Part shown: positions 17,803 through 26,746 of the stretch, one piece after another
Layout of the letters: the number at the start of each line of letters is the position of its first letter
How positions within the stretch are numbered: the stretch's first letter is position 1
Origin: Candidatus Nitrospinota bacterium M3_3B_026
GTDB lineage: Bacteria; Nitrospinota_A; UBA7883; JBPRGF01
DNA length: 64,000 bases
Direction of reading: 5' to 3'
Assembly (NCBI GenBank): GCA_051418015.1
Contig: JBPRGF010000033.1
Coordinates: 256,001 to 320,000, forward strand
Notes under the pieces: generated by a model
Told to the model about the DNA's origin: nothing
What the model saw: the letters and a program-made list of their open reading frames with translations, nothing else
Databases searched by the model: none
Translations under genes and position numbers: made by a program

Positions 17803-18523
17803 CCTTGCCGTCCGGATACTGCTCGCCGTATCGCTCGCGGCGGGGCTGTTCTCCTGCGCCCCCAGGGAGGCGATCAGGAAACATGTATACGAAAAACCAT
17901 CCTACGATGAAAAGACGGGTGAACGTTACCATGTCGTCAGGAAAGGGGAGACCCTGTACCGCATCGCCAGGCTCCACGGCGTCTCCGTCCAGGACCTCAT
18001 CAGCGAAAACGAGATCACAGACGCGCGGGACCTGAAGGTCGGGACAAGGCTCAAAATCCCTGAGCCGGACGAGGGGGCGGTAGCGGCGGCGCCCCCTTCA
18101 CGCAAGACCGCCAGGACGCACGTTCCGTCGAGGCGCGTAAGCGCGAAGTTCATCTGGCCCCTCAAAAAGTTCAGGGTATCCTCGAGGTTCGGCGTGCGCC
18201 ACTCCAGCAGGCACGATGGCATGGACCTGGCCGCGAGGAAGGGAACACCCATCCTGGCCGCCGCCGACGGCAGGGTTATCTTCTCCGGCTGGGGGCCCTC
18301 GGGCTATGGAAGGATCGTTATCATAAAGCACGACAGCGGAGCCATCACCGTCTACGCCCACAACGAAAAGAACCTCGTGAGCGAGGGGCAGCGCGTCTCG
18401 CGGGGGGAAAAAATAGCCACCGTCGGCCGCTCGGGGAGGGCCAGCGGTTACCACCTGCACTTCGAGTTGAGGATAAGCAGAAAACCCGTCGACCCGGAAA
18501 AGTATCTGCCGCCCCTTGGTTGA
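17786..18523 (+). CDS. LysM + M23 peptidase lipoprotein (NlpD-like)
   Basis: LFSC lipobox, HVVRKGETLYRIA LysM, HDGMD, YAH and HLHFE; start uncertain (TTG at 17786). Confidence 0.88.
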   Translation: MSARASLAVRILLAVSLAAGLFSCAPREAIRKHVYEKPSYDEKTGERYHVVRKGETLYRIARLHGVSVQDLISENEITDARDLKVGTRLKIPEPDEGAVAAAPPSRKTARTHVPSRRVSAKFIWPLKKFRVSSRFGVRHSSRHDGMDLAARKGTPILAAADGRVIFSGWGPSGYGRIVIIKHDSGAITVYAHNEKNLVSEGQRVSRGEKIATVGRSGRASGYHLHFELRISRKPVDPEKYLPPLG

Positions 18524-18555
18524 CGCCGCCCGCGCGCCTTGAAGCTCCTCTGGCC

Positions 18556-18624
18556 CCCTGAACTTGTTTCAGGGTCTCACGCCTTCGCGCCGATTCGAGG
18601 TGCTGAAATAAATTCAGCATGACA
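18556..18624. repeat. Bipartite palindromic REP/RPE-like element
   Basis: ccctgaa-cttgt-ttcaggg and tgctgaa-ataaa-ttcagca hairpins ending in TGACA. Confidence 0.7.
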
Positions 18625-18894
18625 CAGTGTCGGGGGGCGCATTGGCCCCTCCGGCCGGAGTCCGCTCTCGAGCGAAGCGAAGGACCTCGGAAGGCGGCGG
18701 GTCCATTGGCCGGGAGCTTGGCGCCGGTCTTGACATTTAACGTGAAAATCAACAGAATCCTATCTTGCCGCCCGTCATCTGAAAGGCGCGGCGGTGGTAC
18801 GCGCTGGGAAGTTTAAGGGGGCGCGGCTTCCCTTCCTGTTCCGGAAGCCGCGGGCGGTCATTAAAAACTTGAATTGAAGGGCTTGGAGAGAGTT

Positions 18895-20820
18895 ATGGGA
18901 CTCAACCTCACGCAGAAGATACTGTCCGAACACCTGGTTGAAGGGGAGCTTGAGCCGGGGGAGAAGATTTCCATCAAGATAGACCAGACCCTGACCCAGG
19001 ACGCCACCGGGACCATGGCGTACCTTGAGTTCGAGGCGCTGCAGATACCGAGGGTCAAGACGAAAACGTCGGTCTCATACGTGGATCACAATACATTGCA
19101 GACCGATTTCAAGAACGCCGACGACCATCGCTACCTGCAGTCCGTCGCCGCCAAATACGGCATACACTTCTCCCGGCCCGGCAACGGCATCTGCCACCAG
19201 GTGCACCTTGAGCGGTTCGGCGTTCCGGGGCAGACTCTCCTGGGCTCGGACAGCCACACCCCCACCCAGGGCGGCCTGGGGATGATATCCATCGGCGCGG
19301 GCGGCCTGGACGTGGCCATGGCCATGGCCGGCAGGCCCTTCGAGCTTACATGCCCAAAGGTCCTGAACGTCCGGCTCGAGGGCAAGCTCCAGCCCTTCGT
19401 CTCCGCCAAGGACATCATCCTCGAGGTTTTGAGGAGGCTCTCCGTCAAGGGCGGCGTGGGCAAGGTCATAGAATACACAGGCCCCGCCCTGCGGACCCTG
19501 AGCGTCCCCGACCGGGCGACGATCACGAACATGGGCGCGGAACTCGGCGCGACCACGTCGGTCTTCCCGAGTGACAACAAGACCCGTGACTTTTTGAAAG
19601 CGCAGGGCAGGGCGAAGGACTGGCGGGAGCTGAAACCCGACAGAGACGCGAAGTATGATGAAACGATAACCATTAACCTCGACAAGCTCGTCCCGATGGT
19701 AGCCCAGCCGCACATGCCGGACAACGTGACGGAGGTCAGAAAGCTGAAGGGGATGAAGGTCACCCAGGTGGCCATCGGCTCCTGCACGAACTCGTCGTAC
19801 CGCGACCTGATGGTCGTCGCGAAGATGCTCAAGGGCCGGACTGTGGCCCCGGGGCTGTCGCTTTTCATCGCGCCCGGCTCAAAACAGGTCTACTCCATGA
19901 TCTCTGAAAACGGCGCGTTGAGCGATCTTATCGACGCCGGCGCCCGGGTGCTCGAGTCCGCCTGCGGGCCCTGCATCGGCATGGGGGCCGCCCCCAACAG
20001 CGAGGGGATATCCGTCCGCACGTTCAACAGGAACTTCAAGGGGCGCTCCGGCACCGCCGACGCCGGCATCTATTTGGTCAGCCCGGAGACGGCGGCCGCC
20101 TGCGCGCTGACGGGCAAGATGACGGACCCGCGCGGGCTCAAGCTCAAGCCGCCGCGGCTGGCCATGCCAAAGAAGTTCGACGTCAACGACAACATGATAA
20201 TCTTCCCGCTTTCGCCTGCCAGGGCCAGGAAGGTGGAGATAGAGCGGGGGCCGAACATAGCGCCGCTGCCGAAGTTCGACGCCCTCCCCAAGTCGCTGTC
20301 GGGCAAGGTGTTGCTCAAGACGGGCGACAACATAACCACCGATGACATTCTCCCCGCCGGGGCGAAGATACTGCCGCTGCGCTCCAACGTCCCGGAGATA
20401 TCCAAGTTCGTCTTCGAGCGGGTGGACACCTCTTTTTACGACAGGGCCATGTCCGAGAAGGGCGGCTTCATAATAGGCGGGGCCAACTACGGCCAGGGCT
20501 CCTCCCGCGAGCACGCGGCCATAGCGCCGAAGTACCTGGGCGTGAAGGCGGTGATAGCCAAGTCGTTCGCCCGCATCCACCAGGCGAATCTCATAAACTT
20601 CGGCATCCTGCCCCTGCTGTTCAAGAAAGCGTCCGACTATAACAGGATCGATCAGGGCGATGAACTCGAGATCGACACCTCGGACATAACGGGCAAGCTC
20701 GCGCTGCGGAACAAGACCAAAAAGATTGACATCCCCGTCACCCATGCGATGGGCCCGATGGACCTGGAGATCATCGCGGCGGGCGGCAAGCTCGGCTACG
20801 CGGCCAGGGCTGCCTCCTGA
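18895..20820 (+). CDS. acnA: Aconitate hydratase (short, Aquifex-type)
   Basis: QDATG, DHN, GSDSHT, GSCTN, CGPCIG, TFNRNF, GSSREHA. Confidence 0.92.
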   Translation: MGLNLTQKILSEHLVEGELEPGEKISIKIDQTLTQDATGTMAYLEFEALQIPRVKTKTSVSYVDHNTLQTDFKNADDHRYLQSVAAKYGIHFSRPGNGICHQVHLERFGVPGQTLLGSDSHTPTQGGLGMISIGAGGLDVAMAMAGRPFELTCPKVLNVRLEGKLQPFVSAKDIILEVLRRLSVKGGVGKVIEYTGPALRTLSVPDRATITNMGAELGATTSVFPSDNKTRDFLKAQGRAKDWRELKPDRDAKYDETITINLDKLVPMVAQPHMPDNVTEVRKLKGMKVTQVAIGSCTNSSYRDLMVVAKMLKGRTVAPGLSLFIAPGSKQVYSMISENGALSDLIDAGARVLESACGPCIGMGAAPNSEGISVRTFNRNFKGRSGTADAGIYLVSPETAAACALTGKMTDPRGLKLKPPRLAMPKKFDVNDNMIIFPLSPARARKVEIERGPNIAPLPKFDALPKSLSGKVLLKTGDNITTDDILPAGAKILPLRSNVPEISKFVFERVDTSFYDRAMSEKGGFIIGGANYGQGSSREHAAIAPKYLGVKAVIAKSFARIHQANLINFGILPLLFKKASDYNRIDQGDELEIDTSDITGKLALRNKTKKIDIPVTHAMGPMDLEIIAAGGKLGYAARAAS

Positions 20821-20947
20821 CGGCCGGGGGCGGGCGCGGGCTGTTTGCTTCTGGAGCGCGGCTTAAGGAGCCCGGATAAACAGGCCCGGGCAGCCGGTGT
20901 TATTCTGATGAGCGTTCCAGAGAGTCATACCCTGCGGCGCGCCATGT

Positions 20948-21024
20948 TGTCATCCTGAACGGCGCCAGAGATCCATCTGCCGCAAGGGCGATACGAGATG
21001 CTTCGCCGTTGGCTCAGCATGACA
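20948..21024. repeat. Palindromic REP-like element
   Basis: tgtcatcctga ... tcagcatgaca terminal inverted repeat (10/11 match). Confidence 0.65.
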
Positions 21025-21113
21025 CTTTCAAGGCGGCGAATGGGCTGCTTTCACCAGCCCCGCCCTCTCGCAAAGGGTTTTGCCCTGGCATGACGAAGGA
21101 GCGTCAACTCAAC

Positions 21114-21152
21114 AAGCCGCGGGGAATATTTCCCGGTTCGCGCGGCTTTTTT
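21114..21152 (+). terminator. Terminator-like hairpin upstream of mdh
   Basis: aagccgcg...cgcggctt followed by a T run. Confidence 0.5.
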
Positions 21153-21223
21153 GATATAAAGTTAGAGCCCGCCGCGGGTTTCGGGCGGACTCCTGTTGAA
21201 GATTTATTTAAAAGGGCGTGTTT

Positions 21224-22153
21224 ATGGCTAAGAAGAAAATCACGATCGTCGGCGCGGGGCACGTTGGGGCCACCTGCGCCCAGCTTATCGCTTACAAAAG
21301 ACTGGGTCACGTCACCCTGATAGACATAGTCGAGGGCGTGCCCCAGGGAAAGGCGTTAGACCTCATGGAGTCGTCCCCGCTGGAGGATTTCGACTCGAAG
21401 ATAATCGGGACCAACTCCTACGAGGATACGGCGGGATCGGACATCGTGGTTGTTACGGCCGGGCTCGCCCGCAAGCCTGGCATGAGCAGGGAGGACCTGC
21501 GGGACAAGAACGCCGAGATCATAAAATCCGTCAGCGAGCAGTTGATAAAACACTCGCCGGGCTGTTTCATGATAGTGGTTACAAACCCCCTGGACACGAT
21601 GGCCTGGGTGGCGAAAAAATACACAGGGCTGGACAGGAGCAGGATCCTCGGCATGGCCGGAGTGCTGGACTCGACGCGGTTCCGGTCGTTCATCGCGATG
21701 GAGCTCGGCGTCTCCAGCGAGGACGTCCATGCCACGGTCCTCGGCCTGCACGGCGACGACATGGTGCCGATGCCGAGATACTCGTCGGTGGCCGGCATAC
21801 CTGTCACCGAGCTTCTGCCAAAGGAAAAGATCGACGGGATGGTGGACAGGACCCGCAAGGGGGGAGGGGAGATAGTCTCGCTTCTCAAGACCGGCTCAGC
21901 CTACTACGCCCCGGCGTCGTCGGTGGTGAACATGGTCGAGTCCATCGTGCTGGACAAGAACAGGATCGTCCCCGCGGCCGCCTACCTGGAGGGCGAGTAC
22001 GGCATAGAAGGCGTTTTCATGGGCGTGCCGGTGAAGCTGAACTGGTCCGGGGTGGGAAAAGTCATGGAGCTGAAGCTGACCGGGGAAGAGAGCGCGGCCC
22101 TGCGAAAATCCGCCGAATCCGTTCGCGAGTCGATGGCCCAGCTTAAGGTCTGA
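21224..22153 (+). CDS. mdh: Malate dehydrogenase (LDH-like)
   Basis: [46 protein letters not shown]. Confidence 0.95.
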   Translation: MAKKKITIVGAGHVGATCAQLIAYKRLGHVTLIDIVEGVPQGKALDLMESSPLEDFDSKIIGTNSYEDTAGSDIVVVTAGLARKPGMSREDLRDKNAEIIKSVSEQLIKHSPGCFMIVVTNPLDTMAWVAKKYTGLDRSRILGMAGVLDSTRFRSFIAMELGVSSEDVHATVLGLHGDDMVPMPRYSSVAGIPVTELLPKEKIDGMVDRTRKGGGEIVSLLKTGSAYYAPASSVVNMVESIVLDKNRIVPAAAYLEGEYGIEGVFMGVPVKLNWSGVGKVMELKLTGEESAALRKSAESVRESMAQLKV

Positions 22154-22275
22154 AGCCCGTTTCCCATGCTTTCCCGCGCGCCGGAGAAGACGGCTCCTCG
22201 CGGCGGCTTCGCGCCCTCGTTGTGATAGACTGAGGCAACAATTCTTTATTCCGGTCATAGCGTCGGGGCCATATC

Positions 22276-24138
22276 ATGTATTCCGTCTTCAGCCTTGTCA
22301 ACGATCCCGTAATTGTAACGAACGGGAGGCTGAGGATCCTGGCGATAAACCCCGCCGCCCGGGTGTTCCTGGAGGTCGAGCCCGGCTGGCCAGGCGCGGG
22401 CATAAGCTGGCCGGATATCATAAGCCCCTTGCTTGAGGAGGGGTCGGAGGATCTTGAAGATATCTCCTCCCTGCTCAAGGGCCTGACGGAGCGTCACGGG
22501 GCCGCAACGCTCCGGATCGGCGGCCGCAGGCGGTTGATACGCTACAAGGCCGCGCTTGCCCCCCGGGGCCTGCCGGGGGGCGCGAAGTACGTGATAGTCC
22601 TGACCGACAGGACGCCGCGCGCTGGAGAAGGCGGGAAGCCAACGGTGGAGAAGGACTGGCTCGCCACGGCCATCGAGCACGCCGGTGAGGCCATCGTCAT
22701 CACCGACGTGGACGGAATAATACAATACGTTAATCCCGCCTTTGAGAAGATCACCGGCTACTCGCGGGATGAGGCTGTGGGGCGAAACCCAAGGATATTG
22801 AAAAGCGGCGTTCACCCGCCGGAGTTTTACGAGAAGATGTGGAAGACCATCACCTCCGGGAGGACCTGGAGCGGGGAGCTTGTGAACAGGCGCAAGGACG
22901 GCGCGCTCTATCACGACCAGGCCTCCATCGCCCCGGTCAAGAACGAGCAGGGGGGGATCGTAAGCTACGTGGCGGTGAAAAGGAACATATCCGACCGCAA
23001 GAGGGCCGAGGAGGCTCTCAGGGTGTCGGAGCAGAGAATCAGCGCGATCATAAACACGGTGGGGGAGGGGATCATCGTGATAGGCGCGGACTCCCGGATA
23101 CGCTTCGTGAACCAGGAGCTTCTTGAGATATTCGGCTACGGCGAAAGGGAGCTTGCGGGCCGCCAGGTGAAAACCCTGATGCCGGAGAAATACAGGGCCG
23201 CCCACGAGGCGGGGATGAAAAGATACCTCAACGGCGGCGCGCCGATAATCCTGGGCAGGCGCGTGGAGCTGGAGGGGCTTAGAAAAGACGGGACGGTGTT
23301 CCCGCTGGAGCTACGGGTGCAGGAGACGAAGACGCCGGACGGGGACAGGTTCTTCACCGCCGCGATCAGGGACATAACCGGGCGCAAGAGGATGGAGCGG
23401 GAGCTTCACGAAAAGGCGGAGAGCCTGCGGGAGATGGGCGCTTTCAAGGACAAGATGCTCTCCATCATCTCCCACGACCTGCGCTCGCCGCTGACGTCAG
23501 TCATCGGCCTGATGGAGCTTCTGCTCAAGCCGGGATCAGGCGAACTGACGGAGCGGCAGCGCAAGATCCTGAGCACGATGAAAAGCTCCGCCCTCCACCA
23601 GCTCAACCTCGTCGAGAATCTCGCGGAGCTTTCCCGTATACGCCGAAAGAAGATCAAGATAAGCCCCGCTCCCGTCCGGGTGGCGGACATCCTGAAAACC
23701 AGCGCGTCCATCCTCGGCCAGGCGGCCAGGGCCAAGGGGGTGGAGCTTGTCGAGGAGCCGGGCGTGGAGGCGTGGGTGGAGGTGGACAGGGAAAAGATAA
23801 TACAGGTCGTGAACAACCTGGTGAGCAACTCCGTGAAGTTCACGCGCAGGGGCGGCAGGATCACCCTCTCCAGCCGGATACATGAAGGCGAGGTGACCAT
23901 ACAGATCAGCGATACGGGGGTGGGGATAGAGCCTGAGCGGCTGGACAGGGTTTTCGATATCACCGAAGGCGCCTCCACGCCGGGCACCGACGGGGAAAGG
24001 GGCACTGGGCTTGGTCTTTCGATATGCCAGGAGATAATCCTGCTTCACGGTGGCGGGTTCGACATAGACTCGAAGCCGGGGGAGGGCACGACGGCCCGGC
24101 TCACCTTCAAGAGGGCTAAAAAGGGCGGAGCCCCCTGA
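22276..24138 (+). CDS. Cytoplasmic multi-PAS sensor histidine kinase
   Basis: One degenerate and two clear PAS domains; SHDLRSPL H-box; N, G1 and G2 boxes; no TM segment. Confidence 0.9.
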   Translation: MYSVFSLVNDPVIVTNGRLRILAINPAARVFLEVEPGWPGAGISWPDIISPLLEEGSEDLEDISSLLKGLTERHGAATLRIGGRRRLIRYKAALAPRGLPGGAKYVIVLTDRTPRAGEGGKPTVEKDWLATAIEHAGEAIVITDVDGIIQYVNPAFEKITGYSRDEAVGRNPRILKSGVHPPEFYEKMWKTITSGRTWSGELVNRRKDGALYHDQASIAPVKNEQGGIVSYVAVKRNISDRKRAEEALRVSEQRISAIINTVGEGIIVIGADSRIRFVNQELLEIFGYGERELAGRQVKTLMPEKYRAAHEAGMKRYLNGGAPIILGRRVELEGLRKDGTVFPLELRVQETKTPDGDRFFTAAIRDITGRKRMERELHEKAESLREMGAFKDKMLSIISHDLRSPLTSVIGLMELLLKPGSGELTERQRKILSTMKSSALHQLNLVENLAELSRIRRKKIKISPAPVRVADILKTSASILGQAARAKGVELVEEPGVEAWVEVDREKIIQVVNNLVSNSVKFTRRGGRITLSSRIHEGEVTIQISDTGVGIEPERLDRVFDITEGASTPGTDGERGTGLGLSICQEIILLHGGGFDIDSKPGEGTTARLTFKRAKKGGAP

Positions 24139-24162
24139 CTTCCGGAACCAGCAGCCCAGGCG

Positions 24163-25194
24163 CTATACGATGAGCATGGCGTCGCCGTAGGAGTAGAAGC
24201 GGTACCCCTTTGCCGCCGCCTCTTCGTAGGCCCTCAACACGGCCTCGCGCCCGGCGAAAGCGCAGACGAGTATCAGCAGGGTCGATTTTGGCAGGTGAAA
24301 ATTGGTCAGCAGCGCGTCCACGGCCCTGAACCGGCAGCCTGGGGCGATGAAAAGCGAAGTCTCCCCTGCGCCGGGCCTTATCCGCCCCTCCTCGTCCGCG
24401 GCGGACTCGAGCGCCCGCGTCACCGTGCTGCCGACGGCGACTATCCTTCCGCCCGCTTCCCTGGCCCGGTTTATGGAGTCCGCGGCCTGCTCTGAAATCT
24501 CGTAACACTCGGGGTCCATGACATGGTCTTCGATCCGCTCCGTCCTGACTGGCCGGAACGTGCCGGGGCCGACATGGAGGACGATCTTTTCGACGGCGCC
24601 GCCTTTGTCCTTGACGGCGGCCAGTATATTCTCCGTGAAGTGCAGACCCGCCGTCGGCGCGGCGCAGGAGCCTTGCGCCTCGGCGAAGATGGTCTGGTAT
24701 CTTTCCCTGTCCGTCTCGTCGGCGCGCCCCTCCGGCCTCCTGATGTAAGGGGGGAGGGGGACATCGCCGAAAGTTTTTATGATCCTGTCCGCCTCTCCGG
24801 CGGAAGAGAACCTCAGCGCGGCCATGCCATCACCGAGCTTTTTGGCCAGGACCACCAGCCCGTCGCCTATCGTCAACGCCTCGCCGGGCCTGGCTTTCCC
24901 CAGGCCCCGCGTCATCGCCGTCCATTCCGCGGGGCCGTCGCGCCTTGTGAGCAGTATTTCGACAGCGCCTCCGGTGGCGCGCCTGCCGGAGAGCCTCGCG
25001 GGAAACACCTTCGTGGTGTTTATCACCAGCGCGTCGCCTTCGCGCAGAAAATCGGGGAAACGTTCGAACCGGGAGTGAACCAGGTTGCCGCCGTCCCTTT
25101 CCATGACCATCAGCCTGCTTGCGCCACGCCTTTCCACGGGGCGCTGGGCGACAAGCTCCGGGGGCAGATGGTAGTCGAAGTCCTGTATGTTCAT
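24163..25194 (-). CDS. queA: SAM:tRNA ribosyltransferase-isomerase
   Basis: FDYHLPPELVAQ, PLPPYI, AAPTAGLHF, TNFHLPKS, RFYSYGDAM. Confidence 0.96.
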   Translation of the reverse strand: MNIQDFDYHLPPELVAQRPVERRGASRLMVMERDGGNLVHSRFERFPDFLREGDALVINTTKVFPARLSGRRATGGAVEILLTRRDGPAEWTAMTRGLGKARPGEALTIGDGLVVLAKKLGDGMAALRFSSAGEADRIIKTFGDVPLPPYIRRPEGRADETDRERYQTIFAEAQGSCAAPTAGLHFTENILAAVKDKGGAVEKIVLHVGPGTFRPVRTERIEDHVMDPECYEISEQAADSINRAREAGGRIVAVGSTVTRALESAADEEGRIRPGAGETSLFIAPGCRFRAVDALLTNFHLPKSTLLILVCAFAGREAVLRAYEEAAAKGYRFYSYGDAMLIV

Positions 25195-25222
25195 CGCGGA
25201 TTTTCCGGCGGGGATGGAAGGT

Positions 25223-26635
25223 CTATTTCCCGCCGTTTTTCGCCTTGTACTCGTTGAGCTTGTTGCGCAGCGTGCGGATGGAGACACCCAGCATCCTGGC
25301 CGCCTTCGTCCTGTTCCACCCCACCTCGTCGAGGGTGCGCATGATGAGCTTTTTTTCCATCTCGGCGACGGTGACGCCGGGGCGGGCCGCGTCGCCGGCC
25401 CGCCCGGCTTCCTGCGCCTGCGGCCCGATCATCAGGTCCTTCATCGTTATGTTGTCATCCATGGCCAGCAGAACGGCCCTCTCCATGACGTTTTCAATCT
25501 CCCTTATGTTGCCCCGCCATGCGCTGTTCTTCAGCGCTTCGAGCGCGTCGCCGTCTATGCCCGTGACGGACTTTCCCATCATGGCGTTATATTTGCCGAT
25601 GAAGTGGCGGACAAGAAGGGGGATGTCCTCCCTGCGCTCGCGCAGGGGTGGCAGAGTGAGGGGGATAACGTTCAGGCGGAAGTAGAGGTCCTCGCGAAAG
25701 GAGCCGTCCTCGACGGCTTTGACTATATCGCGGTTGGTCGTGGCGATGACGCGGATGTCCAGCGGGATCGGCTCACGCCCCCCCACGCGGTCTATCTCCC
25801 CCTCCTGCAGGACCCTCAGAAGCTTGGCCTGAAGCTGAGGCGCCATCTCCGTCACCTCGTCGAGGAGGATGGAACCATGGTCGGCCAGTTCGAACTTGCC
25901 GGTCTTGCGCGCCACGGCGCCGGTGAACGACCCCTTCTCGTGGCCGAAAAGCTCCGACTCAAGCAGAGTCTCCGGCAGCGCCGCGCAGTTGACGGCCACG
26001 AAAGGTTTCTCGCGCCTGTCGGAGGCCTCGTGTATGAACCTTGCGATAAGCTCTTTTCCCGTGCCGGACTCGCCGTGGATCAGCACCGTGGATCTGCTGG
26101 GGGCGACGCGCGCGGCTATGTCCAAGGCTGCTTTCATGGCCGGGTTTTCGGTTACGATAACCCGCCGCGCCTCTCTCCTGCGCTCGGAGACGCCGCGGCT
26201 GGGCTGGGCGACGCTTCCCTTGTTGAGCGAGGCGCCGTCCTCGAACAGGCGGCTCATGACCCCCTTCAGCCTCTCCGATGTGAAGGGCTTTGAGAGATAG
26301 TCCGCCGCGCCCTCCCTCATGGCGGCGACGGCGTCCTCCACGGAGCCGTGGGCGGCCATGAGAACGAAGGGGATGGCGGAGCCTTTCCGCTTCATCCTGT
26401 TTAAAAGCTCCATGCCGCCGGCCTTGGGCGTCCCGGCATCGCAGATTACAAGGTCAACGGAGCCTTTTTCCAAAACCCCGAAAGCCTCCTCGCCATCGGA
26501 TGCTGTAACGACGTTGTGCCCGGCGCGGGTCAGGACGTCCGCCAGGGCTATGCGTATCTCCTCCTCGCCGTCGGCGACCAGGATATTCTTCGGCTCGATG
26601 GCTCTCTCTCCCTTCCGTCTTTTCCTGTCATCCAC
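25223..26635 (-). CDS. Sigma54-dependent response regulator REC-AAA-Fis (FleR/FlrC-like)
   Basis: [38 protein letters not shown] start with GGAGGA RBS. Confidence 0.88.
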   Translation of the reverse strand: MDDRKRRKGERAIEPKNILVADGEEEIRIALADVLTRAGHNVVTASDGEEAFGVLEKGSVDLVICDAGTPKAGGMELLNRMKRKGSAIPFVLMAAHGSVEDAVAAMREGAADYLSKPFTSERLKGVMSRLFEDGASLNKGSVAQPSRGVSERRREARRVIVTENPAMKAALDIAARVAPSRSTVLIHGESGTGKELIARFIHEASDRREKPFVAVNCAALPETLLESELFGHEKGSFTGAVARKTGKFELADHGSILLDEVTEMAPQLQAKLLRVLQEGEIDRVGGREPIPLDIRVIATTNRDIVKAVEDGSFREDLYFRLNVIPLTLPPLRERREDIPLLVRHFIGKYNAMMGKSVTGIDGDALEALKNSAWRGNIREIENVMERAVLLAMDDNITMKDLMIGPQAQEAGRAGDAARPGVTVAEMEKKLIMRTLDEVGWNRTKAARMLGVSIRTLRNKLNEYKAKNGGK

Positions 26636-26746
26636 CTTCTCCTCCGGGAGCGGTGGATTTTTAATGTCGCATGACGCCGCCTGATTGGTCAAATGACGAC
26701 ATTCATCCATTATATGACAGGTCGTGGGATGGGCGGAGGGGTGTTG

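Noticed and set aside
18345..18752. 135-aa ORF containing VMLNLFQHL...ETLKQVQG
   Set aside because: Translation of the palindromic repeat, overlapping the M23 gene; unlikely to be a real protein
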